A DNA stretch of 59,690 nt, filler included, from Jimgerdemannia flammicorona (taxonomy: Eukaryota): the NCBI GenBank assembly GCA_003990765.1. It is 2 parts of 2 records of this genome, joined end to end, with 100 filler letters (N's around TTAATTAATTAA, not from the genome) between each part and the next. Parts side by side here need not be neighbours in the genome. Positions count along the whole stretch, not along the records: positions 29,901 to 59,690 come from RBNJ01000471.1; 1 more part is not named here. One strand, written 5' to 3'. Of the stretch, positions 35,254-49,792 are shown piece by piece. Under the pieces are notes generated by a model. It made no database searches. It was not told the origin of the DNA and was given only the letters and a program-made list of their open reading frames with translations. Each line of letters begins with the position of its first letter. Positions within the stretch are counted from its first letter, which is position 1. The position numbers were made by a program, and so were the translations under genes.

Positions 35254-38200
35254 ATGGAAATGTATCCCCTTACATTCTATAGATATACTACTGAAGAGTC
35301 AATCCTGACCTTCATTGAAGACTTTGAACAATTTACTGCCATATGAGCCCTTGGTGTGGATGCTCAATTGGCCCTTCTACTAGTCAGCCTCAGTGGACCT
35401 GCCAGAGACAAGTTTAATGCAGCCACTATTGCTAGTGCTGATGCAGTCAAACTTACCAACATGAAGACCTTCCTCAGAACAACATATTATACTAAAGAGA
35501 TCAAGCAAGCTCTCAAGGATCAACTTAATACTATCTGCTAGGGACTTAGTGAAGATCCCAACTCATTCTATATCTGAATCTGCCACCAGATTGTCTTGGC
35601 TGGCTATGATGATGCCCTTAAGGAACAAATAGCAGATTCAACCTTCCTTAAAGGAGTTCACCTTGAAATTGCCTTAACAATCCAGTCTACCCCAGCTGCA
35701 CTGACCCTTGATCAGAAAGTGGTCTTTGCACAGAGATATTGGACTGCCAGACACCCTGCTGAACACTCAATAGAGAAAATAACTGGCATCAAGATGGAGC
35801 CATCAAAGCCAACTAGTATCTTACCTGCCACAGTTGTAAACAGACAACCAACCCCACCTATCCCCAAGACAGCCAAAGCTGATCCAGTGGAAGAACTCGC
35901 CAAGCAGTTTGCCGAGATGACTGCACACCTTGGTGATGTTATTAGAGAGGTCCGAAGCACTAACAGGAGACCAGTGCAGAGATTTGCAGCTACTACAGAA
36001 GAACACAATATCACATGCTTTAGATGCGGAGAAGAAGGCCACTATGCAAAGAGTTGCATGACTGAAATGAGATGCAAAGCCCAACCAAGCAATGCTAGCA
36101 GAACCAGAGAACAAACCAATGCAGTAGTTATTGAGGAGATTGGTGACACTGATGATGAAGAATACTACGAGGAGCTCGAATTCTACCCTGCTACTGAAGG
36201 TACCAGAACCCAGTCCAAGCCCTATGACAAGAAGAGCAACAGCAAGCCAGTTGGAAGACCAAAGAAGACTCCAGCTGTCACTATTCAAAGCAAGACCCAA
36301 CCCAAGGAGATTGATCAAGACATGGAGTTAGATGAAGCTACCTGCCAAATTATCGAAGGCACTACTCTAGTCTTAGAAGAAAGTGAGAGCAAGAAGGAAC
36401 AGAAGCTGTGCAAGACCAAGATCCACCAGTATGACATCTACAAGGACCTCAAGGAACAGAAGGTCAATGCCACTTTTGGACAGCTAGCTGAAGTCCCTGC
36501 CTTTAGATAGCAGTTGAGAGTAGGACTTGCAACTACTGCCAAGAATCAAGAGTACAAGATCATAGAAGCTCACAATGTACAAGAAGAATCTGAGAACTCA
36601 GGTGAAGAATCCGAAGACCAGCACAAGACATCAGCCTATACCCCCTGCCAGATTGAAGACTGTATCTTTGATGCCATCATTGATACTAGTGCTGGAGGAT
36701 ACCTCATGAGCAAGAAGGCAATTGAATGCCTAGGTTGGGACATTGAAGAGTCCACCAAGATGGTCTATATCACAGCAGATGGTACACAAGCTATCCCCCT
36801 TGGCAAAATCCGAGAAGTCCCCATCAAGATAGGAGGAGCTACCATCCCAGTAGACATGATTGTTACAAGCACCACCAACTATGACATCCTCATTGGCAAC
36901 CAATGGCTTCACAAGGCCAAGGCCATCATTGACCTCAATGCCCAGAAGATGCAGATCAACTACAGAGGAAGAAAGGTATGAGTTTCTATCAATGTCCACA
37001 AAGGAGTCCTGCCAGACATGGAGGAAAAAGATAAAGAAGACACAGAGGTCTTTATGCACTCAGTGAACAAGAATAAGAACAAGACATTCAAGCTCACAGA
37101 TGAGCAGTGGTATAACAAGATCATTGATGGGTATGCCCCTCAAGGAAGATGCCCCCATGGTACTAGAATGTACTGCTCTGAACACCTGAATGACTGCTGG
37201 TCCTGTATCAGTGAAGTCAGGAAAATCCACCAACAGAAACACAAGCAAGAAGCTGCTGAAGTAAAAAAGAAAGCTGAAGAAGATGACCACCCCCCAGAGC
37301 TTCAAGCTGACAGTGATGATGAGGAGGAACAAGAATCAGACATCACTCTCAAGGTTAAGAAGTTTCACCCTGAAGCCAAGATCCCAGAATACAAGACTGA
37401 AGGAGCCATAGGAATAGACCTTGCCAGCATCTAAGATGCTACCCTCAAACCACAGACCACCACCCTACTTGGCACTGGAATTGGAGTCAAGTTGCCAGAA
37501 AACCATGCTGGAATTATCAAGACCAGGAGCAGTCTGGCCAAAAGTGAAATCTCAGTTGAAGGAGGAGTAATTGACCCTAATTACACTGGTGAGATTTTTC
37601 TCATAGTCAGAAATCACAACCACACCACCCCCTTCAAAGTCAAGAAACATGACAGGATTGGCCAGATGCTAATTCATGAAATCAAAAAGTCCAAGATCAT
37701 AGAAGCCACTAAACTTATCAAGACCAAGAGAGGAGAATAAGGCTTTGGATCTACTGGAAGAGGAGCCTATGCCACCATCAAGATTACTAAACTTGAGCAT
37801 AGGAAAGACAAGGACCAGAACAAGTACACATATACCATTGGAGAAAACTTTCCCCTGGAGGAACAACTTCTCAAGATCCTGTACCAGAATGAAGGAGTAC
37901 TTGCTACAGACTTTAGGGATATCCACAATCAAGAACCCAAGTATTACCACGAAGTTGACACTGATGATACCAAGTCTATCTATCAGAAAGCCAGACCCAT
38001 ACCACCTGCCTACAGAGAGTGGCTGTGAGCCAAACTCAAGGAAATGGAAGAAGCCAGAATCATGAAGCAAGCTATCAGCCCCTGGGCCTCACCCATTGTC
38101 CTTGCCCTGAAGAAAGGAAGCAAGCCTGGAGAGTTTGTACCAAGACTCTGCATTGACTATAGAAAACTCAATGCCATCACCAAGAAGGATAGGCAGCTCT

Positions 38201-39279
38201 TGCCAAATATTCAAGAAATCCTTACCACCCTTGGAAGCAAAGCCAAATACTACACCACCTTGGATCTGTTCTCAGGCTTCCATCAGATCAGTCTCACTTA
38301 AGATGCTAGTGAGAAATCAACCTTCATCACACCTGATGCCACCTATATCTATCTGCGAATGCCATTTGGAATGTGCAATGCCCTAGCAAGTTTCCAGCAA
38401 ATAATGAACAGAGTCTTCAGCAATGAGATTGGAAAATGGCTCTTTGTCTATATTGATGATATGATCATCTTCAGCAATACTGCACGGGAACATATCAATC
38501 ACATACAGCTAGCCCTCAAGAGGCTCAAGGAGTATGACCTCTACATCAAGCCCAAGAAATACAAGTTTGTAGCTCAAGAAATCACCTACCTAGGACACCT
38601 TATCAACCAGACCAGAATCCATACAGACCCCATGAAGATCGAGGCTGTTGCAGCCTACCCAAGACCCAGAACAACCACAGAAGTCCATGCCTTCCTTGGA
38701 CTGGTCAGCTACTACAGAAGATTCATCAAAGGATACTCCAACATTGCAGCACCTATCTACGAACTACTGAAGAAGGAGACTAAATTCAAATAGACCAAGG
38801 AGTACCAAGAAATCTTCAATGAACTCAAGACTAGGTTGACCCAAGCATTCATCCTCAGAAGACCAGACTGGAACCTAGAATTCATCCTGCAGACAGACGC
38901 GAGTGCTATAGGACTTAGAGCAGTCCTAGCTCAGAAGAAAGATAAACATGAATATATCATCTCCTATGCAAGCTGAGATACCCGCAGAGCAGAACAGAAC
39001 TACGAGTCATACAAGCTTGAATACTTAGCAGTAGTTTGGACAGTAGACAAGTTCCACTACTACTTAGCCAGAAAACACTTCACTATTCAAATGGACCATT
39101 CCACTCTTGCCTGGCTATTCCACACTCTGAACCCCAAAGGAATATATGCCAGATGGATCTACAGGCTGCAAGAGTATGACTGTACTGTCAAGCACCACTC
39201 AGGAAAGACCAATACCAATGCCAATGCACTCTCAAGAACACCCTGAAACACTCCCATCAAGACTACTCAATATGAATAA
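35254..39279 (+). pseudogene. Single-frame gag-protease-dUTPase-RT-RNase H polyprotein with premature stops
   Basis: ORF pieces 35356, 35596, 36514, 37018, 37492, 38044 and 38359 are all in one frame. CFRCGEEGHYAKSC knuckle, AIIDT(S/G)A protease, dUTPase motifs, WASPIV/LCIDYRKLN/LDLFSGFHQ/MPFG/YIDD, LQTDAS, NANALSR. Confidence 0.92.
37345..37758 (+). pseudogene. dut: Trimeric dUTPase domain within pol, between protease and RT
   Basis: GAIGIDL, TRSSLA, GGVIDP(N/D)YTGEI, DRIGQM, RGE*GFGSTG (motifs 1-5). Also present in copies 1 and 3. Confidence 0.92.
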
Positions 39280-40798
39280 GGAGCTATACTATGGATTAAT
39301 CAGCTATCTTGGATAGTAGAAGATGCCCAACTACCTCAAACCCTGGATAATCACCATCATCAACTGGACTTAGAAATAGTTTGAATTAGACAACACTACA
39401 CTCAGAAAAGGAGGAAAGTTAGTAATATCTAAACATAAGAAGTATCAAGTAATGAAGGAAGTACATGAGCAAGAACACTTAGAAGGAACCAACACATATG
39501 ACAAGGTAAGAAGAACCATATGGTGGCCCAAGATGGAAGAAGACCTGTACCAATTTGTCAAAAAGTGTGACAAGTGCCAAAAACAGAAACAAGATCAGTA
39601 AGACCAGACACCCAGGTCATCAAGAATTGAGTCTATCCTCTTCCACCACATCATAATGGATATCATTAGACCACTACCAGTAACACTATCAGGAAACTGC
39701 TATATTATAGTTATTGTAGACCTCTTCACTAAATGGATAGAGGCAGGAGCATTACAAGAAGTCAATGCCCTCTCTATAGCTGACTTCCTATACTGAGAAA
39801 TCATCTGCTGCTATAAGACACCAAAGCAAATCACAACAGACCGTGGTACAGAATTTGTCAATAGATTCTATGAGATAACGTATCAGAAATACAAGATCCA
39901 GCACATCAAGACCACTGTGTACCACCCTCAAGGAAATGGACAGACAGAGAGAACCAACAAGACCCTCAAGAACATCCTAGCAAAGATCTCAGAGACATAT
40001 GAGAATTGGGATAACTATCTCCTGACTGCCCTCTCTGTTCTACGAGATATACAGTCACAGAGTACACATTTTACCCCAAGAGAGCTGCTCTTTGGAGAAG
40101 AAGATTCTGATGGAACCTCAGCCACAAATCTAGACCTAACTTAGAAATGGATTGATGCAGAAATCCAGAGACCACACCAAATCAGGAAGAAGGCTGAAGA
40201 TTACATCACCAAGTCACAAGCGCTGACAAGGAAGAATGCGGAAAAGAATCACAAGGTCCTAGAATCCATCTGAATCAGAGAAAAGGTTCTACTGTATTGA
40301 AATATGTTAGAAGCCTCATGGTCATGAAAACTGGAGCCCAAATGGGAAGGACCCTTCTATGTGCAAGATATCAAGGGAACTACCTTCTGGCTTAGAAAAA
40401 TCTCAGGGACCATACTGCCTACCACAGTACATAGGAACAGACTTAAGAAGTACCATGAACCTATACAAGAGAAGCAAAATGTGATGACCGCCTGTGAGAT
40501 TCTAGTCCGTGAATCATAACAGCATGTCCTGTGACCAGCAGGCTATCTGTCTGGACCATTCTCTAAGGGATACAACACTGCTAACTACTCATCTGTGAGA
40601 CTTTCACAGTCAGAGAAGTTCAAACCATCAACTGATTGATCAAGATCAGAATCAGGCCCTTGCTCTATATGAAGGGAGCAACCCTTCACTATTATGCCAA
40701 AATACAAAGGGAAGATGCCAGCCCATAAACACCAGTTTTTGACCCCTTGCCAGAGGTTATGGGATCAGCAAATTTTTCAGGACTGGACCAATGAATAA
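39272..40798 (+). pseudogene. Integrase in a separate (+1) reading frame, with premature stops; no chromodomain
   Basis: Starts MNKELYY. HHCC zinc finger, DII(G/R)PLP, ITTDRGTEF, YHPQGNGQTER, KWEGPF. Ends ...WTNE* just before the PPT. Confidence 0.88.
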
Positions 40799-40822
40799 GG
40801 ATACTCAGGAAGATTCTTATTC

Positions 40823-40832
40823 AGGAGGAAGA
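40823..40832 (+). promoter_or_regulatory. Polypurine tract AGGAGGAAGA
   Basis: Directly precedes TGTAAC of the 3' LTR; identical in copies 1 and 4 and in family B. Confidence 0.88.
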
Positions 40833-42294
40833 TGTAACAGTGACTCCAGAATAATGACATTAGTACAGGAGACAGCCTTTTCTTACAAGCCACCAGATTG
40901 GAGCACAAGAAGATCATACAGCATATGAGATGAGCAATGATGACCAACTGTGAGTCATTGTGACCACAGCACAAGCATCCTGAAGAATATAAAAGAATGA
41001 TCAAGGAACTGTAGTAGCAGCAACCAACAAGAACCACCAATCCCAAAATAGCTCAAAGACTTACCATAAACAAAATGCCTGCTGTATGCTAAACCTCAAG
41101 GTCAAGAAATCACCAAGGTATCTCAGTTGAGGAAAGGATGTTCCAAGACATCAGAAGAGCCATGAGGACCTACTCAAGAAGGACTCCTAGTGTCAACCTG
41201 GGTACTGCGGATCCTTATCACTTCATTCTCTACTGCCATGAAATGGAAACAAGGATCACTATTGCTACTGAATGCCTCCAAATGTGGCAGAAGTACGAAA
41301 TAGGAAACCTCCTCTGCCAGGAGTTCTCACAGACCAGTACCCAAGAGCTACAAGATGCCACTCCCATGGATATATATGAAATAAGGACAGCTAAGAAGAT
41401 CTATCAGATCTTTAGGCATGCATCATGGTCGATTCCCAACTTGGAGTATGTTAGAGTCTCAGACTTCAGAGACCTATCATCCCACCATATCAATGCACTA
41501 GAAGCCAGGGTGGCTACAGAAGCCCAGTCCACTATCACCCTCAACAGTGAAGAAGTAGAAGACTTCTGGCACTCTATCTTTCAGGACAATCCAGACCAAT
41601 TCCTGCAAGGATTGATCTCAGTATTCCAAGGTCCAAGCATCTGGGTTAGATCTCTCCAAGACCCCACATTTGTTCCTTATTTTGTAGAAGAGAACCTCAT
41701 AGACTGGAGAGCTCTAGACCTTGTTCCCAATTTCCCCACCACAGCTAAATGTGATGATGTCATCAGTGATGACATCATCCCACATGACATATGCAAAATG
41801 CATGACCTATATGATGAATTTGCAGATCTCATCTCCTTCAGTGATGAGATGATGAAGCCCTCATGGTCCTGAACTTTCTGCTCTAAGTTTTTTATTACAC
41901 TGGATAATGTCAGCACCAGTATTCTCATATAATACTGGATAATGCCAGCATTCTGAACCTGTACAACCATCAGTACTAACTCTGGAACTTAGTAGTTTTA
42001 GTTATTGGAATTTATATTTAGCTTTATATCTTAGCAACCATTGAATTATATTTTGTATAAATATTCCTCTTATTTCCTCTGAAATAAAGTCAGTCAATTC
42101 AGTACAATATACACACTTTCTTGCAAGCAATCTAAGAGATAACAAGACAGTTTAAAGATAAGAAGTTTGAGGACTATAAGACCTTGGGAAGGCACTCCAA
42201 TAAGAACTTGCTTATAATGACTTGAGTTAGTCTAAGAGATATACCTTGAAGAGAATCTGGTGTATTTGAAGAACTCAGTGATCACTATGTAATA
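40833..42294 (+). repeat. 3' LTR of family A copy 2, with LTR-ORF remnant (41075-41886)
   Basis: Direct repeat of 33672-35133, same length. Confidence 0.92.
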
Positions 42295-42927
42295 TTATAT
42301 ATATCTTCAATAAGATAAGTATAAATATTCTTAAATATTATATAGTATAATATAGCAGATATCTAATCTTAGAAGTATGGTGGATTTCTATATATTGAAA
42401 CTTGATCTTATTCTAACTCTTACAGAGTTCTCAAGGTGTAAAGATATAAGTTCAAAGTATATCTGGCTATAGGCTTACTAGTTCTCTTACTTTTTCTTTA
42501 CTTTGAACTATTTTGATCTGAGGTTTATTCACTCTAGATACTGGAGATATTTATATAAGTTCACTAGCTATAAGGTGGCTGAGGTATGACTATATTTCCT
42601 ATAAGTTACTTTTTATAAGTATGGATTCTTAATATCTGTGAAATTTTAAAAATTATCAAAATTCAATATCTATTAAATCTTGATATTTATAAAAATAACT
42701 ACTATTTATATAGCTATACTATTTTGGAGATTGGTTTAAGTACTATAATCAAATATCTATTCCTCTAATTTATATTTCTAATTCAGATCAATTATGTATT
42801 ATAACTTTCTCCTAAATAAATATTTTATCTCTAAAGTATCTTATTCACTTGAACTCCCAAACTTCTATAAGTTATATCTCTTTATACTATATATATAATT
42901 TGTATTATTATATTCTCTTAATAGTAT

Positions 42928-45900
42928 TTTTTTTTATTTTTTTTATTTTTTTATAGTTACTTAGACTTTACCATTTATTACTAGTCTATTAAATATAAAT
43001 ACAATACTCTCTCCCACTACCCAATCCCTCTAGGGGGGCCCCTCTCCATACTTAAATACTTGAACACTACCTTACCACCTACTACTCCAACCCTCTCTCT
43101 ACTCTGCCTACAAATTTTCTTTATCAAATGATATCTCTGACTACTCTGCAGACCCCATCCCAGCTACTAGCCTGTCAAGACATCCTCCATCAACCCTTTC
43201 TACTACAACAGCCTCTCTACTAACTTCAAGTACCTTCTTTCCTCAAAAACAAATAACCAGTGTCTCTCTAGCCCCACCTATACAGCCAATATCCAACCCA
43301 TAGTGAGTCACTTCTTTCCAACCCCCCCCACCAATCTATCTCTCAGATTCTCCCATATACCCTACTCCCTATCCCCCCTCCTTATAATACTCAGTCAATT
43401 TCCAACTGCTAACCAAAAGTTCCTAAGTACCTTGCATTCTCCCAGCCAATGTTTGGGTATCTGTACAAACTCCCCTTTTTATCCTACATTATAACACTCC
43501 TTACAGTCAAAGTTACCCCCCTCTACCAGGTAGCTTAAGCAAAAGTTGAGTATGATATTCCTCTATAGTATGCACTATTAAACCACCCAGTACTTAGGTG
43601 GTAGCCATCATTATATCTCTGTACTCCAGGCCTAGACCCCATTCCAGTTTCACTCCTCCCCAATACCTACTATCTATCAACCACTAGGCCAAACATTCTG
43701 TCCCAACCCTCTCTAGTACTTGACCCCATCACCAATATTAAAGTCAATTAGGAGAGTACCCCCCAATAGCACTCTATCTCACCTCCACATTGTCAGGCCC
43801 CAAGGCATCTCTCCTTTAGCCCCCTGCTAGTAAATCTCAATACAGTGCACCCCATCAACCACTCTCCACCAGAATCTCTTATACTATATGTGCTCACTGT
43901 TCTGAAGCCCAACCAAGAACAGTAGATCTCCTGTAGAGTCTCTTAGCAAGAACCTCATCTCCCAGACCTTCTTCATTAGAGGAATCCAGCTACCACTTCT
44001 CAGTTCTACTACTCTCATCAATCACTATACTCATAGATAATACAGCCTCTTTGGGAAGTCAACCAGCTCAAGACCTCCTCTATCCACTAGCAATGACAAG
44101 ATCTCCCAACTAATCTGACTCCTCCTTCCTGCCCAGATCCAACCTTTGGCCTGCTTCAACAACCTCTTTACTACCCAGGCAGAAAAGTCTAGATAATATG
44201 CCAAATACTATAGCTTTGGCAGCCAGTAGATATTCAAAATCAAAACATGCCCTGTCAAAGATAAGTAACAGCCTCCCCAACTCCACAGAGCCTCCCCCCA
44301 GATAGCTACTCACTGCTCTCACCAAGGTCATGGTAAAACTGATCCATATACTAAAAGATAGATGCTCAAGTACCTCACAGTCTCTCTAGCAGAAACAATC
44401 ATTCCAATGACATCTCCTCCCATCAGACCATTGCCCAACACCATTGTTTCACACTTGTACCAGTTGAGTTTAGCTCCAGAGTATACCTCATATCACTCTA
44501 CTGTTTTCTGGAGTTTCTCAACATCAGCAACTGATCTCAGGCCAACTATAATATTATCCACAAAGACCCCAACTTTCTATACAATTCTAAATACTGAGAG
44601 CCCCACTACCTTCTACTAAATCCTGTCCATCAAGAGCTCCAAGGATAAAGCATACAGAATAAGAGACAGTAGGTCTCTCTAGAGAATACCCCTACCCAGA
44701 GAAAATGCCACCCCTCAATACTTATTATATATGAGCACTGCTCTACTCTCTTCCAGTAGGTTAATTATTGCCACTTAGAATGGCTGAGAGACACCAATCC
44801 TATTCAGTACCTTTGCCAACCAGACCTACTAAATACAATCATACACCTTCTTCTGATCTAAGAAGACCAATCTCCCATCTAGTCTACAGACTTGTATCTT
44901 CAATAATATAGTACACCTAAGCCATACCATTCCTAATGAGCTGGCCCTCTATAAAACCTCTCTGCTCCTTATCCAAGACTTGCTGGGCCATCTTCTGCAG
45001 TCTTGCTACCACTACCTTAGTAACCAACTTTCTGTCTATATCCAGAAGCATGATAGGCTGCCAGTTCTTCCAGTTCTCTCTCCCACCCTTATTCTTATAA
45101 AGCAGTACCACCAGCCCCAAATCTTGCTCACCCACCCACCTCCCTGACTGTAGTACCAAGTTATACATCACTATCATCTCTCTCAGTATACCAGAGACTC
45201 CTAGTATCTTCTTTCAAAAGTCCTAGGACAGACCATCCTCTCCTAGTGCCATGTCTAATATAGTTACAGCAAGAATCTAACAAATCTCCTTCTCCTATTC
45301 TGGCACTACCAAGCTGCCCAACCCATCTACCTGCAGTGGGTACTAATTCTCCAAAGTATGTTCAATAGTAGCAGTATCAGCCCCACTCTCCTCCTCACTC
45401 TACAAACCACTCCATCTCTCTTTTAGTAAGTCTAGGATGTTCTGTAGACTATACACCATTAGCTCATCCAAATTCAGTACCCCCTCCTACCTCTGCCTCA
45501 CTTGTCTTGCTCAAAGGATCCTTGAAAGATACTTAGAGGGCCTCTCTCTCTCCTCTAGCCCCTGTCAGCATAATCATGCAGCCAAACTCTGTACCTGCAA
45601 TCTCTCCTCCTCTCTCAAAACCTGTTATAACTCAGTAATCTCCAGCTTCACCTACATCAATCTTCAGTCCTCCACCCCCTCCAGGGCCAAGAGATCTGTC
45701 CAATTTTTCAAAAGTCTATCTAGTCTAGCAGAAGCTTAAGACACCCTCTTTCTCCTCTGCCTACCAGCTACCTTGCTAGCCTCTCTTTAATAAACCCTCA
45801 CAGCCTCCTTCAACCTTACCCATCAGACACCAACTGGAACACTCTCTTGTATCCAACCCTCTACTCTCTATCTAATATCCTCAGCCTACTTGTCCCACAA

Positions 45901-48781
45901 TACCTTTTCAGCCAATAAAGAGAAATTGAGGTACTAATGTCTAGACCTATCCCTACTTCCCCCAAAATGACCCTGTCCCAACAGTCTCCAATGGTTAGAC
46001 CATAGATATCACTCAGCCTCCAGTGACTTCCAAACATCCAAACCAGCAGTTCACTGTCAGCACCCAGTCAATCCTCATTCTCAGGTCATTTGTCCAGTAT
46101 GTATATATTCTCCTATCTCTCCAGAATCCCCTTCCAGCATCCACTAGAGAGCCCAGCCTTTCCACATCCTCCCACACCTCCAGGCCCCTACTCCTACCCT
46201 CAGCCCTCTGCCCTCTATCAGTTCTATCTATCAGTACCTCCTGGATCATATTAAAGTCCTCTCCAAGAATATCTACTCTAGCCTCTGTAAGGGTTCCACT
46301 CTCTTGGAGTCTCTTCACCTATTCCACTTGCTCACCTTATACAGCAGGGTAGTAACAGAAACTCATCATAACTGGTTTCCACCTCAGTCAACTCTACTCT
46401 CCTCAAACCAGCCAGTCTCTCCAGCTCCTCATATCATATATCTCCCCTTTGTCTCACCAAACCAAAATCCTAACCTTGCTCTTCCAGACTGTCTCACCTC
46501 CCCATTTCTTCATCCAATCTAGTCTATCCAAGTTATTCATATCTGACATCCTGCAAAAGAAAGAGATCAGCCTCCAATCTCTTCAGCTAAGTAAAAAGTT
46601 CCATTGTCATACTGATTCCCAAAGCCCATTTATGTTCAAAGAAAAAATATTAGTTGTACTGTTTATAGAAAGTAATGTTAAAAGATAAGTACACTCTCTA
46701 TAGTTCCACATTCATCTCCTTCTGTGTCAAGTCCAAATCACATTCAATAGCCACCTCTTCCTCTTTAGCCCTCTTAGTCTCCAATTCCACCAGTAGTGCC
46801 ACTAGCTCCCCATCTTTCTTCTCCTCAAAGTCCTCATAATAATCCAAGCAAGCCTCCTACCAGAACTGCAATTCATGTCTCTCCACTCACCAGAGAGTGG
46901 CCTGCTCCTCAGCAATAACTACCAGCTCTACCTCCCTTACCTTGTTGATCTCATATCCTTTCTCTTCTAAGAAAACTACAAGCACCTCTACCTTCAGGGC
47001 CTCTACCACTCCATCTTCATACAAGATCTATGCCCATTGATCATTACTAAGTACCCTCAGGTCCACCTCACCCAACTTCTCAGCCACCAAGTTATTCATC
47101 ATCTGATACATCCACTGTAGGTTTCCCATCTTCTTGCTATCCAGGGTTACCAGTCTCCCCTCTCCCAGCATCAAAGTATCAGCCTCCACACTTGCAGTCT
47201 CATCTCACTTCTCTTCAGAGATATCCACCAGTTCATCCTTACCCACTGCCACCACTTGACCCTCTTTCACCACCTCAGAGACTCCAAAGTATACTTTCTG
47301 AGTCTCTTGTATAGGCAAATTCTCTGCCATCCTGCCCCTCAAGGCTGGATCCCTTCTGATAAGAGAAGGAGTATCCTTTCAGACTTCAAACATACAATTC
47401 ACATATGGGTTACTCAGTGTCTTCCTGGCCTCTTCTGGGCTCTCCTCTATACTCTCTCCTCTCTCACTGGCCCAGATACTTACTTTGGCACCCCTGTATT
47501 CTCAATGCCCCCAGAATCCCTCTTTGTCTTCTCTTCCAGATTTATCAGCAACTTCCTCTGCCTCTTGCACTCTTGAGATCTCTTCTACAGCCCCTTATCA
47601 ATGCAGACATATATCCCATCCACTATCTCCAAGTGTGTCAACTCTATATATATCTTCCAAGCCTTCACCCTCTGCTCTACTGCACTATTCAGCTCCTCTA
47701 GTATCTCCAACAAATCCTCCTTCTCCTCCTCACTCTCCTTCACTCTTATCACCTTACATATAAAGGCCCTCCACACCATCACTGATAGCTAATTACAAAT
47801 CTTCTTGGTAGCCTCTCTCCTAGTCAGTGGAATCTGAATATCAATATTCTCTGTCCTGAATTAGGTCCCTTCTCAGACCCAAACCCCAACATTGACCACC
47901 TCTTTATACTCAATCATAACCTTCTCAACTCTTCTCCTCATCTCTATAGTAGTCACCATGGGTATGCCTTTTATCAGAAGTTATATCACTCTAGAGTCTT
48001 ATCTCAAATATTACATCATTGGGATACACACCTCCCCAACAGTCAGCCCTGTCTTCAGTATAGCCTCCAATGGCCCAGCCTCCTCAAAACCCACCTCCAC
48101 CTCTTCTAAATTTCTCAGGAACTTTACAGATACTGTATCATCCATCTGCTTAGCAATCAGCCCCAAGACTATCTTTGCCATTACTGCTAAGCTCTGGAAG
48201 TACAAAGTGACTGCAAACTCCAAGATTGACTTCTTGAGTAACAGGGCCACTACTAGACCCATTATACTATCTATCAGATCCCCTATCTAGCTGGGCCCTA
48301 TCTTTCCAGTCCCACCATCAGCAGTCACATCTGGTTTTTTTTTCAGATTGTCAGTTACTACTCCATCAGCAGTTATATCTCCAGCCACTACATCACTGGC
48401 CCTTCCACCAGATATCCCCCTCCCAGCCCCTCAGCAGCAGCCTTCCTCTTGCCCCTCTGCAGCCATCCATCCAGTCTAGCTGCTAGACCCCCCTGCCTGA
48501 CCTTCTCAGTAAAGCTCATCTGATTCCCCCCTGGCAGCACCTTGCCTCCTCCTCCACTACTGCTGATCTCCCTTCTATCTACCAAAATGCTCAGTATCTC
48601 CAACTCTACTCTCTGACCCCTCCCCACATACTACCAGCCAAATGCATGGGACCACCCTGCCTAGTACACTCTATAGAACTCTGATTCAAGAACATATTCT
48701 TAAAATACTTCTCTAAAGAATAGTGTAAAAGTAGTTGATATATATTTATATAATATGAGATATATTAGAGAGAGTTACTTG
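42928..48781 (-). mobile_element. Full-length decayed LINE, copy 2
   Basis: T-tail at 42927-42952, 13-bp TSD ctcttaatagtat (42915-42927) / ctctcaatagtat (48782-48794). ILGEDFN, RIDWVL, LLYKNKG...WQPIMLLDIDRK motifs. Confidence 0.9.
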
Positions 48782-49792
48782 CTCTCAATAGTATCTCTTA
48801 ATATATCTAAAGTCTTCTGGAACTACTTCTCAGAAATGAGCTAAAGCTGGCTTATTATCTTTAAACAACTTGTACACTCTTTTAGTAATAGTGATATAGG
48901 CATAAGAGAGCTAATACTCTCTAATCAAGTCTTCTTTTCTCATTTCTACTTATAAATTCAGTAGCTATCCTAACTTGAAGTATTCTTGAAACTTGGTCTA
49001 GTTCTGGTAGATCTTGAAGTATGAGATTTATGATAAATATATCTATACTATACTTTGGATACTATTGAAGAATTCTTCTATTATAGGTAGCTCAATAGTA
49101 CACTATTATCTTTCTATAGCTCATTAGATAGTACTAGTAATCTTGAGGGCTATAGCAGTACTCTATTGAAGAGCCATGATACTTCTTGAGTCAGTTTTGG
49201 TGAATGGTAGTAGAGATGATTGTGTCTGAGAATTTTTGTAACCAAAAGGAACTTATATAAGATAAGATTCTTTCTACTTAGGTTCTAATTTTTGTAATCA
49301 TAAGGCTTCTACTATATTCCAATATACTAGAACTTTATCTTCTATTTTGATAATCTCCAGTGGCTTGTAAATCTTTTCTCCATTATTCTACTATAGAGCT
49401 TATATCTCAATTATATAATTTTTAGCTTTCTTTCTGATTTAGTATAGTCTCCATATCTCTATATCTATATACTTTCATATAATATCTCTATTAGATAATG
49501 GAATTCCTTAAGGACTTTTTTCTCTCTACAGCATTTCTTGTGGAGTAAAATAAGTACTTTGTGATTATATATTCTAGAGAGTAGATAATACTATTAGCAG
49601 ATAGTGGTCTCAAATTTGTAGTTGTTACAGATCTTAAAAATAATATTCTTAAGAGTCTTATTAGTTCTTTCTGCTTGTCCATTTTCTTAAAAGTAGTAGA
49701 CTATAGTCTGAATATACTAAATCTTATATTTCTTATAAAGAACCTCAAAGAACTAGTTCACAAATTCTATTCTTCTATCTGTTGTTACTTGT

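Larger units (their letters stand above)
33672..42294 (+). mobile_element. Ty3/Gypsy LTR retrotransposon family A, copy 2 (full length, 8623 bp)
   Basis: Two 1462-bp LTRs (33672-35133, 40833-42294), 4-bp TSD TTAT (33668-33671, 42295-42298), PBS and PPT. Confidence 0.95.
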
